Shown here: positions 1 to 11,218 of the stretch, piece after piece
How the letters are laid out: each line of letters opens with the position of its first letter
Position numbering within the stretch: position 1 is the stretch's first letter
Origin: an uncultured bacterium
Lineage (GTDB): Bacteria; Krumholzibacteriota; Krumholzibacteriia; LZORAL124-64-63
Direction of reading: 5' to 3'
Assembly: GCA_963727525.1 (NCBI GenBank)
Contig: CAVSGO010000007.1
Location: 1,216,001-1,280,000, forward strand
Length of the DNA: 64,000 nt
Notes under the pieces: model-generated
Told to the model about the DNA's origin: nothing
Databases searched by the model: none
The model's input: the letters and a program-made list of their open reading frames with translations, nothing else
Made by a program: the position numbers and the translations under genes

Positions 1-1003
1 CCATGGTGGCCTGGATCTCGGTGGGGTGGTGCCCGTAGTCGTCGAGCACGAGCACGTCGCCGTGCACGCCGCGATTCTCGCAGCGGCGACCCACGCCGCG
101 AAACCCGGACAGTCCGCGCGCGATGGACGCGAAATCCACGCCCAGCTCCAGTCCCACGGCCACAGCCGCGAGCGCATTGCGCAGATTATGGCTTCCGCGC
201 ACCGGTAGCTCGATCGTCCCCAGTTCCTCGCCGAAGGCATGCACCACGGTGCGTTGCGCCGTGACCTCGGCGCGGACCTGCGCCTCGGTCGTCAGTCCGT
301 ACGTGAGGACCTTGCGATCCAGGCGCGCGGCGAGGGCGCGGACCTCGGCGTCGTCGTGACAGAGCACGGCGGTGCCGTAGAACGGCACGCGCGCGAGGAA
401 GGCGGAGAAGGCCTCGCGCAGATGGTCGAGATCGGGATAGAAGTCGACATGCTCGAGGTCGATGTTCGTGACCACCGCGATGGTGGGGCTCAGGCGCAGA
501 AAGGTACCGTCGCTCTCGTCGGCCTCGGCCACCAGGTACTCGCCCTTGCCGAGCTGCGCGTTGGTGCCCGTGGCCAGCACCTTGCCGCCCACGATCACCG
601 TGGGGTCGATCCCCCCCTCGCCCAGCACCGCCGCCACCATGCTCGTGGTGGTGGTCTTGCCATGCGAACCGGCGATGGCCACGCCGTACTTCAGACGCAT
701 CAGCTCGGCCAGCATGTCGGCGCGGCGGATCACGGGGATGCGGCGATTGCGCGCCGCGCGGATCTCGGGGTTGGCATCGGTGACGGCGGACGAGTAGACG
801 ACGACATCCGCCCCCGTGACACGGTCGGCGCCGTGACCGACGAACACGCGCGCGCCGAGCTCGCTCAGGCGCCGGGTGGTGGCGGTCTCGTGCAGATCAC
901 TGCCGCTCACGCGGAATCCAAGGTTGAGCAGGATCTCGGCGATGCCGCTCATCCCGACGCCGCCGATGGCTACCAGGTGGATGTGACGGGTGTTGCGAAA
1001 CAT
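1..1003 (-). CDS. murC: UDP-N-acetylmuramate--L-alanine ligase (3' end runs off window)
   Basis: Not in ORF track. Read manually from ATG at 1003: [30 protein letters not shown], later [14 protein letters not shown]; follows murG. Confidence 0.95.
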   Translation of the reverse strand, partial: MFRNTRHIHLVAIGGVGMSGIAEILLNLGFRVSGSDLHETATTRRLSELGARVFVGHGADRVTGADVVVYSSAVTDANPEIRAARNRRIPVIRRADMLAELMRLKYGVAIAGSHGKTTTTSMVAAVLGEGGIDPTVIVGGKVLATGTNAQLGKGEYLVAEADESDGTFLRLSPTIAVVTNIDLEHVDFYPDLDHLREAFSAFLARVPFYGTAVLCHDDAEVRALAARLDRKVLTYGLTTEAQVRAEVTAQRTVVHAFGEELGTIELPVRGSHNLRNALAAVAVGLELGVDFASIARGLSGFRGVGRRCENRGVHGDVLVLDDYGHHPTEIQATM

Positions 1004-1025
1004 GATGCCTCCGTGCCCCTCGATC

Positions 1026-2129
1026 CTACGCCGCCGGCGCTCCCGATGCCAGCCGCAAAACGTCGGCGGCAATATCGGCGGCCGCGCGCGGCCGCGCCAG
1101 GCTGGCGGCGGCCGTCGCCATCGCGGCCAGGCGGGCGCGATCGCCGACGATGGCCTCGACCATGGGCGCCAGCGTGTCCGCGCGGCAATCGCGGTCCTCC
1201 AGCACGACGGCGGCGCCGGCCGCCTCGCGGGCGCGGGCATTGCGGAGCTGGTGATCGTCGGTCGCGTGCGGGAAGGGCACCAGTACCGCCGGACGGCCGG
1301 TCACGGCCAGCTCGGCCAGCGTCATCGCGCCAGCCCGACACACCACGAGGTCGGCCCAGCGCAGCCCGGGCGCCATGGCATCGATGTAGGGCATCACGCG
1401 TACCCGCGCCGGCGACCAGGCGGCGAATGCCGCCGCCACCTCCGCATGGGCGGTGGGGCCCGTCTGCACGACGAGCGCGAGGTCGCCTCGTTGCCGCCAC
1501 CGCGGCGCGATCGCCGCCAGGGTTTCATTGAGCGTGCGGGCGCCGCCGCTGCCGCCGACGACGAGCACGCGCACATCGCCCTGCGGCAGATCAGGCGCCG
1601 TCGCCGTACCCGCGCTGAAGGCCGCGCGCACGGGATTGCCGGTCAGCACGCAACGTGCGGCCGGCAGCCAGCGCCGCGCCGCCTCCTCCCCCAGATAGAT
1701 GCGCTGCGCCCATCGCGCGGCGAGTCGGTTGGCCGATCCGGGCACCGCATTCTGCTCCTGGATCGCGCAGGCGATGCCGCGCGCACGCGCCGCCGCCATC
1801 ACCGGGCCGGTGACGTAGCCGCCGGTGCCGAGCACCACCTGCGGACGCCAGCGGCCGAGCAGCACCCACGCCGCGAGCGCCCCGCGGCCGAAGTTTCCCA
1901 GGAACCGCGTGCGAGCCACCGCACCGAGGCCGCGAAAGCCCGAAGCCGGCACCGCATGGAATGGCAGACCGGCGTCGGTGGCGAGGCGGCGCTCGATACC
2001 CCCCGGCGTGCCCGCGAAACGGATCTCGATGGTCGGCGCCTGTGCGCGCAGCGCCTCTGCGATGGCCAGCGCGGGGTAGACGTGCCCCCCCGTACCACCA
2101 CCGGTGAGCAGCACGCGCGGCGCGGTCAC
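1026..2129 (-). CDS. murG: Lipid II GlcNAc transferase MurG
   Basis: [34 protein letters not shown] motifs; GTG start overlaps ftsW stop. Confidence 0.95.
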   Translation of the reverse strand: MTAPRVLLTGGGTGGHVYPALAIAEALRAQAPTIEIRFAGTPGGIERRLATDAGLPFHAVPASGFRGLGAVARTRFLGNFGRGALAAWVLLGRWRPQVVLGTGGYVTGPVMAAARARGIACAIQEQNAVPGSANRLAARWAQRIYLGEEAARRWLPAARCVLTGNPVRAAFSAGTATAPDLPQGDVRVLVVGGSGGARTLNETLAAIAPRWRQRGDLALVVQTGPTAHAEVAAAFAAWSPARVRVMPYIDAMAPGLRWADLVVCRAGAMTLAELAVTGRPAVLVPFPHATDDHQLRNARAREAAGAAVVLEDRDCRADTLAPMVEAIVGDRARLAAMATAAASLARPRAAADIAADVLRLASGAPAA

Positions 2130-3298
2130 GACCGGCCCGGCAACCAGTTCTGGCGCCACTGCTGGTAGCTGCGTCCCTGGCGCTCGATGCTCAGGATGAT
2201 GCCCACGGCCGCGAGGTTGGACACCAGCGCCGACCCGCCGTAGCTGACGAACGGCAGCGGCACGCCCATCACCGGGATCATGCCCGTCACCATGCCGATG
2301 TTCGTGAAGCCGTAGACGGCAATCATGGCACTCAGGCCCGCGGCGACGAGGCGTCCGAAGGTGTCCTGCGCGCGCTGCGCGATGCCCAGGCCGCGCCACG
2401 CGAAGATCAGCAGCGCCACCACCACGATGACGGTGCCGATGAGACCCAGTTCCTCGCCGAGGTAGCTGAATGCGAAGTCGGTGTGCTGCTCCGGCAAGAA
2501 GGAGAACTTGTTGTGGCTGTTGCCCGGACCCAGCCCGTGCCAGCCGCCGGCGCCCAGGCCGATGAGCGACTGGTGCACCTGGTAGCCGAAAGGCGGCTCG
2601 TCGCCGCGGCCCTCGCCGAGCCAGCCGAGGCGCCAGGCGTCGATGCGCGTGTGCAGCTTGGACACGGCGAGGTAGCCTGCAGTGGTGCACAGCACCGCCG
2701 CCGGCGGCACCAGCGCGAGGAGACGCCAGGAGAGACCCGCCAGCAAGACCACGAGCAGAGTGCTGATCGCCACCACCACCACGTTGCCGAAATTGGGCTG
2801 CAGGATGAGGATCACCATGAGTACGCCCGGTCCCGCCGCGAGGGTGCGCAGCAGGTTGCGCCAGGCCAGGGGCTCGGTGACGGCTGGCGCGCCGAGCCGC
2901 GCGGCGAGGAAAATCACCACGGCGATCTTCGCCACCTCGAGCGGCTGCACGGGGAAGAGTCCGAAGAAGGAAAACCAGCGCTCGATGCCCGCCTGCTTGC
3001 CGATCACCGGGATAGCCGTGAGCAAAAGCCCCACCGCCAGCACGCTCCAGTACACGAAAGGCCGCCGCAGGAACCCGAGGTCGAGGCTCGCGAGCACCAC
3101 CAGCGCCACCAGACCCAGCGCCAGGCGCACGAGCTGCTTGACGAGGTAGTAATATTGCCCGAGCGAACCCGCCTGAGCCTCGGGCCGGAAGCTCCCGGCG
3201 CCGTATACGGCGAGGGTGCCGAGGATGCAGAGCGCAAGCACGGCGAAGAGCAGCATGCGATCGCCGTCGCGGAAGATGCGCAGCAAGCGTCCGCCCAC
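2126..3298 (-). CDS. ftsW: SEDS peptidoglycan polymerase FtsW
   Basis: Multi-TM; QPLEVAK, LPEQHTDFAF, GVPLPFVSYGGS; between murD and murG. Confidence 0.93.
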   Translation of the reverse strand: MGGRLLRIFRDGDRMLLFAVLALCILGTLAVYGAGSFRPEAQAGSLGQYYYLVKQLVRLALGLVALVVLASLDLGFLRRPFVYWSVLAVGLLLTAIPVIGKQAGIERWFSFFGLFPVQPLEVAKIAVVIFLAARLGAPAVTEPLAWRNLLRTLAAGPGVLMVILILQPNFGNVVVVAISTLLVVLLAGLSWRLLALVPPAAVLCTTAGYLAVSKLHTRIDAWRLGWLGEGRGDEPPFGYQVHQSLIGLGAGGWHGLGPGNSHNKFSFLPEQHTDFAFSYLGEELGLIGTVIVVVALLIFAWRGLGIAQRAQDTFGRLVAAGLSAMIAVYGFTNIGMVTGMIPVMGVPLPFVSYGGSALVSNLAAVGIILSIERQGRSYQQWRQNWLPGRS

Positions 3299-3299
3299 G

Positions 3300-4652
3300 T
3301 CAGTCTCCCTTCGCGCCGAGGGCGCGCGCCGCCGCGGCGAAGGCCTCGCCGCGGTGGCGGTAGTCGCGAAACATGTCGAAGCTCGCGCACGCCGGGCTCA
3401 GCAGCACCGTCGCCTCCGGCGCGGCGAGCAGGGCAGCCAGGCGCACCGCCTCCTCCATGCTCGTGGTCGGATGCGTGGGCACCAGATCGCCGACGGCGGC
3501 CGCAATGGCGGGCCCCTCCTCGCCGATCGTGACGACGGCCCGCACCTGGGCCATGGCGTCGCGCAGGGGCGTATAGTCCTCGCCCTTGCCCCGCCCGCCG
3601 GCGATGAGGACCACGTCGCCAGGGTAGTCGCGCAGGCCGGCGCACACCGCATGCACGTTGGTGGCCTTGGTATCGTCCACGAAGCGCACGCCGCCGAGCC
3701 GACCGACCGGCTGGTGGCGATGCGCCAGACCACGGAACGACCGCAGCCCCTCGGCGATGACGTCGGGCGCCAGGCCCAGCGGCAGGACCGCCGCCGCGCT
3801 GGCCAGCGCGTTGAGTACGTTGGGTGGCGACGGCAACGCGAGTTCGGACACGGCGAGCAGGCGTACGTCTTCGAGGAAGAGGTCGTCGCCGCGGCGATGC
3901 ACGGTCGCACCGGCGTCGCGTGCGCCGAAGAGCACGCGCCGTCCTCGGTGCGACCAGGCCAGCGCCTCCGGGCAAGCCGTCCAGGTGACGAAGGCGCCGT
4001 CATCGGCCACGTGCTCGACGAGCCGCCGCTTCGCCGCGAAGTAGGCGGCGAGATCGGCGTAGCGGTCGAGGTGGTCGGGAGCTAGGTTCAGCACCACGGC
4101 GACGGTCGGGCGGTAGGTGGCGATGGTCTCGAGCTGGAAGCTGCTGCACTCGATCACGGGGATCGCCTCGGGCGGGAGCGTATCGGCGACCATGGCGAGG
4201 GGCTTGCCGAGGTTGCCGAGCCCCTCGGACACGAAGCCGGCCGTACACAGCAGGTGGGCGATCCAGGCCGTCGTCGTGGACTTGCCGTTGGTGCCGGTGA
4301 CGGCCACGCTGCGGCCGCCGAAGACGCGGGCCGACCACTCCAGCTCGCCGTGCACGGGCACGCCCCGGGCGACCAGCTGCTGCAGACGCGGATGCGCGAG
4401 GGAGACGCCCGGGCTGAGCACGACCGCGTCGATACTCGCGCGCAGCGCACCGTCCCAGTCGCCGCCCGTGTGCAGCGCGTCGAAGGCGTCGCCCGCGAGG
4501 TCGTCGGCCTGCCAGCGCGCGTCGACCCTGTCCTGCGGGGCGTCGTCCACACCCACGATGCGCGCACCGTGCCGGCGCAGCATGGCCGCCGCGGCGCAAC
4601 CGCTGCGGGCCAGGCCCACCACCAGGATCGTCTTGCCGCGCACGTCGATCAC
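3300..4652 (-). CDS. murD: UDP-MurNAc-L-Ala--D-Glu ligase
   Basis: GLARSG, GTNGKSTT, ECSSFQL, DDTKATN, LLSPACASFDMF. Confidence 0.96.
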   Translation of the reverse strand: MIDVRGKTILVVGLARSGCAAAAMLRRHGARIVGVDDAPQDRVDARWQADDLAGDAFDALHTGGDWDGALRASIDAVVLSPGVSLAHPRLQQLVARGVPVHGELEWSARVFGGRSVAVTGTNGKSTTTAWIAHLLCTAGFVSEGLGNLGKPLAMVADTLPPEAIPVIECSSFQLETIATYRPTVAVVLNLAPDHLDRYADLAAYFAAKRRLVEHVADDGAFVTWTACPEALAWSHRGRRVLFGARDAGATVHRRGDDLFLEDVRLLAVSELALPSPPNVLNALASAAAVLPLGLAPDVIAEGLRSFRGLAHRHQPVGRLGGVRFVDDTKATNVHAVCAGLRDYPGDVVLIAGGRGKGEDYTPLRDAMAQVRAVVTIGEEGPAIAAAVGDLVPTHPTTSMEEAVRLAALLAAPEATVLLSPACASFDMFRDYRHRGEAFAAAARALGAKGD

Positions 4653-4661
4653 GCCACGCTC

Positions 4662-5747
4662 CTACTGCAACTTGATGGTGCTCATGCTCAACAGCGCGAG
4701 CAGGATGCCCACGATCCAGAAACGTACCACCACCTGCGTCTCCGACCAGCCGCTCAGCTCGAAGTGATGGTGCAGCGGTGCCATGCGGAAGAGACGCCGG
4801 CCCTTCGTCCAGCGGAAGAAGCTCACCTGGCAGATCACAGAGACCGCCTCGATCACGAACATACCGCCCACGATGACGAGCAGCAGCTCCTTCTTCACGA
4901 GAATGGCCACCGTGCCGAGCGCGCCGCCCAGCGCGAGGCTGCCGGTGTCGCCCATGAACACGCGCGCGGGATGCGCGTTGAACCAGAGGAATCCCAGGGA
5001 TGCGCCCACGACCGAGGCGCAGTACACCGTAAGCTCGCCGGCGCCGGGCAGGTAGAGGATGTTGAGATAGTCGGCGAAAACCTTGTTGCCCGACAGGTAC
5101 GACACGGCAGCGAAGGCCGCGAACGACAGCGCGCTCAGCCCGATGGCCAGGCCGTCGAGTCCGTCGGACAGGTTCACCGCGTTGCTCGTGCCGCTGACCA
5201 CGAGCACGATGAGGGGGATATAGAACCAGCCCCAGTTGATGAGCAGATCCTTGAAGAACGGCACCGACGTCTTCGTGAGCACGGCGCTGCCGTCGCTCGT
5301 GATCAGGATGATGCCGAGCACCAGGCCGAAGCCCACCTGACCCGCCATCTTCACGCGGCCGACCATGCCCTTGGGCCGCTTCTTCACCACTTTCAGGTAG
5401 TCGTCGACAAAGCCCAGCGCCCCCATCCACACCGTGGCCAGCAACGCGAGCCGCACGTAGGTGCTATCGAGCCGCGCCCACAGCGCCGTGGGCACGACGA
5501 TGGCGGTGAGGATCAGCAGCCCGCCCATCGTGGGCGTTCCCGCCTTGGCCTTGTGGTGGGCCGGCCCGTCCTCGCGGATGGTCTCGCCGAGTTGCATCGT
5601 GGCGAGCTTGCGGATGAGCCAGTCACCGAAGATGAAGGCGATGAGCAACGCCGTGATGGTGGCATAGGCGGCGCGGAAGGTGATGTACTGGAAGACGTTG
5701 AACACCGACCACTGGGTGTGTAGCGGATAGAGCAGGTGATAGAACAT
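4662..5747 (-). CDS. mraY: Phospho-N-acetylmuramoyl-pentapeptide transferase
   Basis: [36 protein letters not shown]. Confidence 0.97.
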   Translation of the reverse strand: MFYHLLYPLHTQWSVFNVFQYITFRAAYATITALLIAFIFGDWLIRKLATMQLGETIREDGPAHHKAKAGTPTMGGLLILTAIVVPTALWARLDSTYVRLALLATVWMGALGFVDDYLKVVKKRPKGMVGRVKMAGQVGFGLVLGIILITSDGSAVLTKTSVPFFKDLLINWGWFYIPLIVLVVSGTSNAVNLSDGLDGLAIGLSALSFAAFAAVSYLSGNKVFADYLNILYLPGAGELTVYCASVVGASLGFLWFNAHPARVFMGDTGSLALGGALGTVAILVKKELLLVIVGGMFVIEAVSVICQVSFFRWTKGRRLFRMAPLHHHFELSGWSETQVVVRFWIVGILLALLSMSTIKLQ

Positions 5748-5753
5748 CGGCCG

Positions 5754-7175
5754 TCACTCCGGGGCGTCGGGGCCAGGCCAGCGCCGCGCCAGTTCGTCGA
5801 TGAGTTTCTCCATGGCCGACGAGCGCGAACCCTTGACGAGGATGCGATCGCCCGGCGATGTCGCGGCGGCCAGTACGTCGGCCGCCCGGGCATGCGTCGC
5901 GCAATACTCGGCGATCCCGCCGCCCTCGTCAAACCCCGCGACGAGCGGCCGCGCCGCTTCGCCCACGGCCACCAGGCGGGCGATGCCGAGCGCCGCGAGG
6001 GCGTGTCCGGTCTCGTGGTGCAGTATCGCGCTCCGGTCGCCCAGCTCGCCCATCGCGCCCACGGCCGCCCAGGCGACGCCGCCCTGCAGGGTGAGGAGCG
6101 CCGCGGCGGCTCCGCGTAGACTCTCCGGGTTGGCATTGTAACAGTCATCGAGCAGCACGCGCCCGCCCAGGCGCCGCACATGGCCCCGGTGCGGCGACGG
6201 CGCGAAGGACGCCAGGCCGCGGGCGATCGCGGCGTCGTCGACGCCGGCGGCGCGCGCCGCGAGCACGGCGGCGGCGAGGTTGGCGGCGTTGTGCTCGCCC
6301 GGCAGCGGCACCGCCCAGGTGGTGTCGTCAAGGTGCAGCCAGCCGGCCGGTTCGCCGGCGCCCGGTTCCCAGCGCCAGCGATGATCGCCGCCGTCGCGGC
6401 CGAAGGTCACGACCGGCCCATGCGCCCGCTCCTGCCAGTCGGAAAAACCCGGACTGTCGTGGTTGAGGATGGCCACGCCGTCCGGCGGCAGCACGTCGAG
6501 CATCTCCCCCTTGCCGCGGATCACTCCGGCGAGGGAGCCGAAACCGGCCAGGTGCGCCGCCGCGGCGTTGGTGATGATGCCGATCGCCGGCTGCGCCAGG
6601 GCGCCGAGCGCAGCGATCTCGCCCACGGCGGACGCGCCCATCTCGACCACGGCGTAGCGGTGGGTGGCATTCAGGCCAAGGAGCGTGAGGGGCACCCCGA
6701 GATCGTTGTTCAGGTTGCGGGCCGTCGCGTGCACGGGCCCCGCCGCCGACAGGCAGGCAACGAGCAGATCCTTGGTCGTGGTCTTGCCGTTGGTGCCGGT
6801 GACGCCGATCACGTGCACCGTCGTCTGACGCGCGCGCCAGCACGCGGCCAGGCGGGCCAGCGCGGCGCGTGGCCGCGGGCTCACGAGCACGGTGCCGTGG
6901 TCGGGCAGCGTGGTGGGGTCGACCTCGTCCGAGAGCGCGCAGGCACCCGCCGCGAGCGCGCTCGCGATGAACGCGCGCCCGTCGACGTGCTCGCCCGGCA
7001 GCGCCACGAAGAGCACGTCGGTCGTGACCTGGCGCGAGTCGAGGACCGCGCCGGCGAAGGCTCCGCACAGCGCCGCGGCGTGCACCTCGCGACCACCGGC
7101 GAGGGCCCGCGACAGGAGCCCGGCTGCGGCCAGTTCGGTCGCGGCCTCTCGCAGGCGGTAGCGTGTCTCAGGCAT
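5754..7175 (-). CDS. murF: UDP-MurNAc-tripeptide--D-Ala-D-Ala ligase
   Basis: GTNGKTTTK, NNDLGVPLT, DDCYNANPES, VKGSRS; ATG at 7175 overlaps murE stop. Confidence 0.94.
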   Translation of the reverse strand: MPETRYRLREAATELAAAGLLSRALAGGREVHAAALCGAFAGAVLDSRQVTTDVLFVALPGEHVDGRAFIASALAAGACALSDEVDPTTLPDHGTVLVSPRPRAALARLAACWRARQTTVHVIGVTGTNGKTTTKDLLVACLSAAGPVHATARNLNNDLGVPLTLLGLNATHRYAVVEMGASAVGEIAALGALAQPAIGIITNAAAAHLAGFGSLAGVIRGKGEMLDVLPPDGVAILNHDSPGFSDWQERAHGPVVTFGRDGGDHRWRWEPGAGEPAGWLHLDDTTWAVPLPGEHNAANLAAAVLAARAAGVDDAAIARGLASFAPSPHRGHVRRLGGRVLLDDCYNANPESLRGAAAALLTLQGGVAWAAVGAMGELGDRSAILHHETGHALAALGIARLVAVGEAARPLVAGFDEGGGIAEYCATHARAADVLAAATSPGDRILVKGSRSSAMEKLIDELARRWPGPDAPE

Positions 7176-8679
7176 GATTCTCGATCCAATCGGAGACGAC
7201 CTCGCGATCGTCCAGGTGCAGGCGGCGCGACGCGATGAGCTGGTAGTCCTCGTGGCCCTTGCCCGCGATGACGACGATGTCGTCCGCTGCCGCCGCCGCG
7301 AGGGCGGCCGCGATCGCGCTACGCCGGTCCAGTTCCACGACCCGTCCGCGCGCACGTGTCGATGACGCCGCATCGAAACCGGCGACGATCTCGGCCGCGA
7401 TGGCGGCCGGATCCTCGCTGCGCGGATTATCGGACGTGATCCAGACAAGATCGGCGAGTTCGGCGGCAACGCCGCCCATCAGCGGCCGCTTGCCGCGGTC
7501 GCGATCGCCCCCGCAGCCGAAGACCACGAGCAGCCGGCCGCGCGTCAGCTCGCGGCAGGTGGTGAGCACGGCCGCCAGCGCGTCGTGGGTGTGCGCGTAA
7601 TCGACCACCGCGAGCCCGCCGGCGGGCAGGACGAAGCGTTCGAGCCGACCGGGCACCTGCGGCATGTCGGCGAGGGCGTCGACGCAGGCGTCGGGCGCGT
7701 GGCCGAGCGCGAGTCCGGCGGCGAGGGCCGCGGCGAGATTTTCCACGTTGAACCGGCCGACCAGCGGGCTGCGCAGCGCGAGAGCCCGGCCACGCCAGTC
7801 GAGGCGCAGGGCGATGCCGCCGGCGTCCAGCCGGGCGTCGGTGACGCGCAGATCGGCGTCCACGTGGGAGCCGGTCGCGAAACGCACGACCTCGAGCCCT
7901 GTGGTGTCGAGAGCCGCGAACGCCGGGTCACCGGCGTTGATCACGGCCATGCCCGTTGCCTTGCCACGCCGCGGACCGTCGCGCAATAGTTCGAGGATCC
8001 GCGCTTTCGCCGCGAGGTAGCTCGCGAGGTCGTGGTGATAGTCGAGGTGGTCGCGACCGAGGTTCGTGAAGACCGCCACGTCGAGGGCCAGCTCGCCGGT
8101 GCGCTCCTGGTCGAGGGCGTGCGACGACACCTCCATCGCCGCGGCGCGGCAGCCGCCGGCGACCATGCGCCCGAGCCAGTGGAAGAGCACCGGGCCTCCC
8201 GGCGTGGTGAGCGGCGCAGGAAGCTGCGTGTGCCCATCATCGTAACGGATGGTGCCGAGCAGGCCGCACGGTCCCACCAGACTGGCCAGCATGTCTCGCA
8301 TGAGGAACGCCACGGTGGTCTTGCCGTTCGTACCGGTGACACCGGCGACAGTGAGCCGGGAGTCCGGTCGTCCCTCGCACTCGCGCGCCAGGCGGGCAGG
8401 CAACCCATGGGTGCTGGGGGCCACCACCCAGGCGGCGGGTTCGCGGTCGGTCAGGGACGACCGGACCTCCTCGTGACGGGCGGCGTCGATCGCCACGGCG
8501 GCCGCGCCCTGGGCAAGCGCAGCGTCCACGAAGCGATGACCGTCCCGTACTGCCACGAAGAGCGAGTCAGGACCTGCCTGACGGGAATCTTCGGTGACGC
8601 GGGCGATGGCCTCATCGGCTCGCCCGAAGATCTCGAGGTCTGGCCAGGGCGCGCACAGCGCATTCAACGCGCTGCCCAC
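7168..8679 (-). CDS. murE: UDP-MurNAc-dipeptide--meso-DAP ligase
   Basis: GTNGKTT, MEVSSHAL, VDYAHT, GCGGDRDRGKR, DNPR (DAP-type motif), AGKGHE; start approximate (GGAG upstream of GTG 8679). Confidence 0.94.
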   Translation of the reverse strand: MGSALNALCAPWPDLEIFGRADEAIARVTEDSRQAGPDSLFVAVRDGHRFVDAALAQGAAAVAIDAARHEEVRSSLTDREPAAWVVAPSTHGLPARLARECEGRPDSRLTVAGVTGTNGKTTVAFLMRDMLASLVGPCGLLGTIRYDDGHTQLPAPLTTPGGPVLFHWLGRMVAGGCRAAAMEVSSHALDQERTGELALDVAVFTNLGRDHLDYHHDLASYLAAKARILELLRDGPRRGKATGMAVINAGDPAFAALDTTGLEVVRFATGSHVDADLRVTDARLDAGGIALRLDWRGRALALRSPLVGRFNVENLAAALAAGLALGHAPDACVDALADMPQVPGRLERFVLPAGGLAVVDYAHTHDALAAVLTTCRELTRGRLLVVFGCGGDRDRGKRPLMGGVAAELADLVWITSDNPRSEDPAAIAAEIVAGFDAASSTRARGRVVELDRRSAIAAALAAAAADDIVVIAGKGHEDYQLIASRRLHLDDREVVSDWIENHA

Positions 8680-10769
8680 GTCGACTCCATCGTCACGACC
8701 AGTCCGTCGGACGGCAGCGGTTCGCCCGCAGCCGGCGCCTGCGACACCACGTAGCCCACGCCGTCGATGCGCACGGCGATGCCGAGTCGCGCGGCGAGGG
8801 CCTGCACCTGGCGGTTGCTCAGTCCGCCGAGATCGGGGCACACGGCCGCCGTCTGGGGCGCCACGGTCGTGCCGCGCACCGTCAGCACCACGGTGCTGCC
8901 GGTTGCGATGCGGGTGCCCGGTGCTGGAACCTGCTGCAGGACGATGCCGTTCTTGTCGGCGCCGTCCACCAGCAGGCCGGCGGCGACGAGCCGCGCCGTG
9001 GCGACCGGGCTACTCAGATAGAGCACGTCGGGGACGGTGAGCCGCGCGCCAGGCGGATCCATGGCCAGGCGGACGCTCCCACGGTCGAGATCGGTGAGCC
9101 AATCGGTGCTGCGGCGGATCTCCTGCACCACCTGGCCGAAGAGCGGCACGGCGCTCTGGGCCGCGTAGTGATGCCAGCCCCGCGGCTCGTCCAGCACGGT
9201 GAGGATCACGAGACGGGGGGCGTCCCATGGCACGATTCCCGCGAACGTGGCCACGTACTTGTTCGGCGCGTAGCCGCGGCCGTCGACGCTCTTCTGCGCC
9301 GTGCCCGTCTTGCCGCCGAGGGCGATCCAGTCCCGTTGCGCGGCCACGCCGGTGCCCGACGACACGACGCGCGCCATCGCCGTGCGCAGCGTGCGTGCCA
9401 GTGCCGGCGGCATCACCATGCGCAGCGGCGTGGGCGGACAATGGCGCACGAGACTGCCGTCCTGATCGCGAATCTCGCGCACGAGGCGTGGCGCGAAGAG
9501 CGTGCCTCCGTTCGCCACCGCCGCCACGGCCAGGCCGAGTTGCAGGGGCGTGACGGCCACCTCCTGACCGATCGCCATCGTCGCCTGCGACCGTCCCGAC
9601 CACTGCGCAGGCGCATGCAGCAGCCCGGCCGGTTCGACCGGGTAGGGCGCGTTCGTGCGCTGGCCGAACCCGAAGGTCTGCAGGTCGCGGTAGAACTCGC
9701 GTGGTGTGAGGTTGGCCACGGCCCGTGCGAAGAACACGTTGCTCGACTTCGCAAAGGCGTCCATGAAGCTGGTGCGACCGAACTCGTGGCCATCCGCCTC
9801 GCGGATGACGAAGCGGTCGAAGTGGCCGTCGGCGCAGTCGATCGTGGTGGCCGTGTCGATGGCGCCTGCTCCGAGCAGCGAGGCGGCGGTGAAGATCTTG
9901 AAGACCGAGCCCGGCTCGTACTGGAAGCTGAAGTTGCGGTTGTTCCACATCGCCGCATCCGTCACGCGTGCGGTGCGGTCGGCCAGGGTGGGCCAACTCG
10001 CTGCGGCCAGCACGTCGCCGCAGCTCGGATCGATGATGAGCACCGAACCACCGGCTGCGCCGTACTCGCTGACCGCGCGGGTGAGCTGCGACTCGCAGAT
10101 CTCCTGCAGGTCCGCATCGATCGTCAGCTCGACGTCGTGACCGTGTACCGCCGGCGTGACCACCACGTCACCGAGGTTGCGGCGCGGATCGGCTGAACGC
10201 AGACGGATCGCGCGTCCGGGTTGACCGGCCAGCAGCGCGTCGAGGCCGCACTCGAGGCCAGCGGTGCGCTCGTCGCCCCGGGAATCCTGGTGGTAGAAGC
10301 CGATGAGAGACGCCCCGACACCATCCAGCGGATACACGCGCGCGCTGCCCTCGTCGATGGTGATCGCGGGAAAGCGGCGCAACGCCTCCTGCTGCGCAGG
10401 CTCGAGGAACGCATCGCGCCGCAGCGGCAAGAACGCGCCATGCGCCTTCGTGATACGCCGCGCGAGCGCCGCCGGATCCATCCCGACCACAGGGCCGAGC
10501 ACCCTGGCGAGCGGCAGCGGATCCTCCACTCGACTCGTGGCGACGCCCAGGGTCGTGGCCGTGACCGACAGCGCGAGGGGCCGCCCGTGGCGATCGAAGA
10601 TGTCGCCGCGGCGCGGCGCCAGCGTGTGGGCCTTCACCCACTGCGCATCGGCCAGCTCGCGGTAGTTCGTGTGTTCGAGGACCTGGACCTGGATGAGGCG
10701 CGCCACGAGGAGGAGCCCGCCGAGCAGCACGAGTCCGCGGGCCACGCCGAATCGCGCGCGTGTGGTCAT
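8664..10769 (-). CDS. ftsI: Class B penicillin-binding protein FtsI/PBP3 with C-terminal PASTA-like domains
   Basis: N-terminal TM, RRGDIFDR, EPGSVFK (SxxK), SSN, KTGTAQ; two PASTA-like repeats (VPDV..QQVPAPG; PDLGG..SQAPAAG). Confidence 0.92.
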   Translation of the reverse strand: MTTRARFGVARGLVLLGGLLLVARLIQVQVLEHTNYRELADAQWVKAHTLAPRRGDIFDRHGRPLALSVTATTLGVATSRVEDPLPLARVLGPVVGMDPAALARRITKAHGAFLPLRRDAFLEPAQQEALRRFPAITIDEGSARVYPLDGVGASLIGFYHQDSRGDERTAGLECGLDALLAGQPGRAIRLRSADPRRNLGDVVVTPAVHGHDVELTIDADLQEICESQLTRAVSEYGAAGGSVLIIDPSCGDVLAAASWPTLADRTARVTDAAMWNNRNFSFQYEPGSVFKIFTAASLLGAGAIDTATTIDCADGHFDRFVIREADGHEFGRTSFMDAFAKSSNVFFARAVANLTPREFYRDLQTFGFGQRTNAPYPVEPAGLLHAPAQWSGRSQATMAIGQEVAVTPLQLGLAVAAVANGGTLFAPRLVREIRDQDGSLVRHCPPTPLRMVMPPALARTLRTAMARVVSSGTGVAAQRDWIALGGKTGTAQKSVDGRGYAPNKYVATFAGIVPWDAPRLVILTVLDEPRGWHHYAAQSAVPLFGQVVQEIRRSTDWLTDLDRGSVRLAMDPPGARLTVPDVLYLSSPVATARLVAAGLLVDGADKNGIVLQQVPAPGTRIATGSTVVLTVRGTTVAPQTAAVCPDLGGLSNRQVQALAARLGIAVRIDGVGYVVSQAPAAGEPLPSDGLVVTMESTWAAR

Positions 10770-11218
10770 GGCCGCTCCACCCCTGCGGTGGCGGCCGCGA
10801 CAGCATCACCGCCGCCGACGTTGCGCAGTACGCGTCGCCACAGATGACCACCACCATGGTGGTTAGGCGTGACCATGACCAGGACCTGCCCCGGGTCGTC
10901 GGGATTGATCATACCCAGCTCGCGGCACGCACGGTCGACCACGACGAGGCGCGACGATGTCTCGTTCCAGCGCGCGGTGAGCACCGCATGCCGGGTGATG
11001 AGCGCGGTACGCTCGCGGGTGAGCGCGCCGATCTCGCTGCGCGCGCGCGTGACCTGGTTGCCGAGAAAGATCGCCGCGGCGAGACCGGCCACGACGAGCA
11101 TCCCGGCGATGACGCCGCACATCACGGGGCGGCCGAGGGTGGCCCGTCGCCGCGCCATCGTGCGCGGGATCTGGCGGGTGGCACCGGTGAAGAGCCCGGC
11201 GACGGTCTGGGTGGTCAC
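10766..11218 (-). CDS. ftsL: FtsL-like cell division protein
   Basis: Single TM plus coiled coil ending ACRELGMINP; sits between rsmH and ftsI with 4-bp overlaps. Confidence 0.72.
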   Translation of the reverse strand: MTTQTVAGLFTGATRQIPRTMARRRATLGRPVMCGVIAGMLVVAGLAAAIFLGNQVTRARSEIGALTRERTALITRHAVLTARWNETSSRLVVVDRACRELGMINPDDPGQVLVMVTPNHHGGGHLWRRVLRNVGGGDAVAAATAGVERP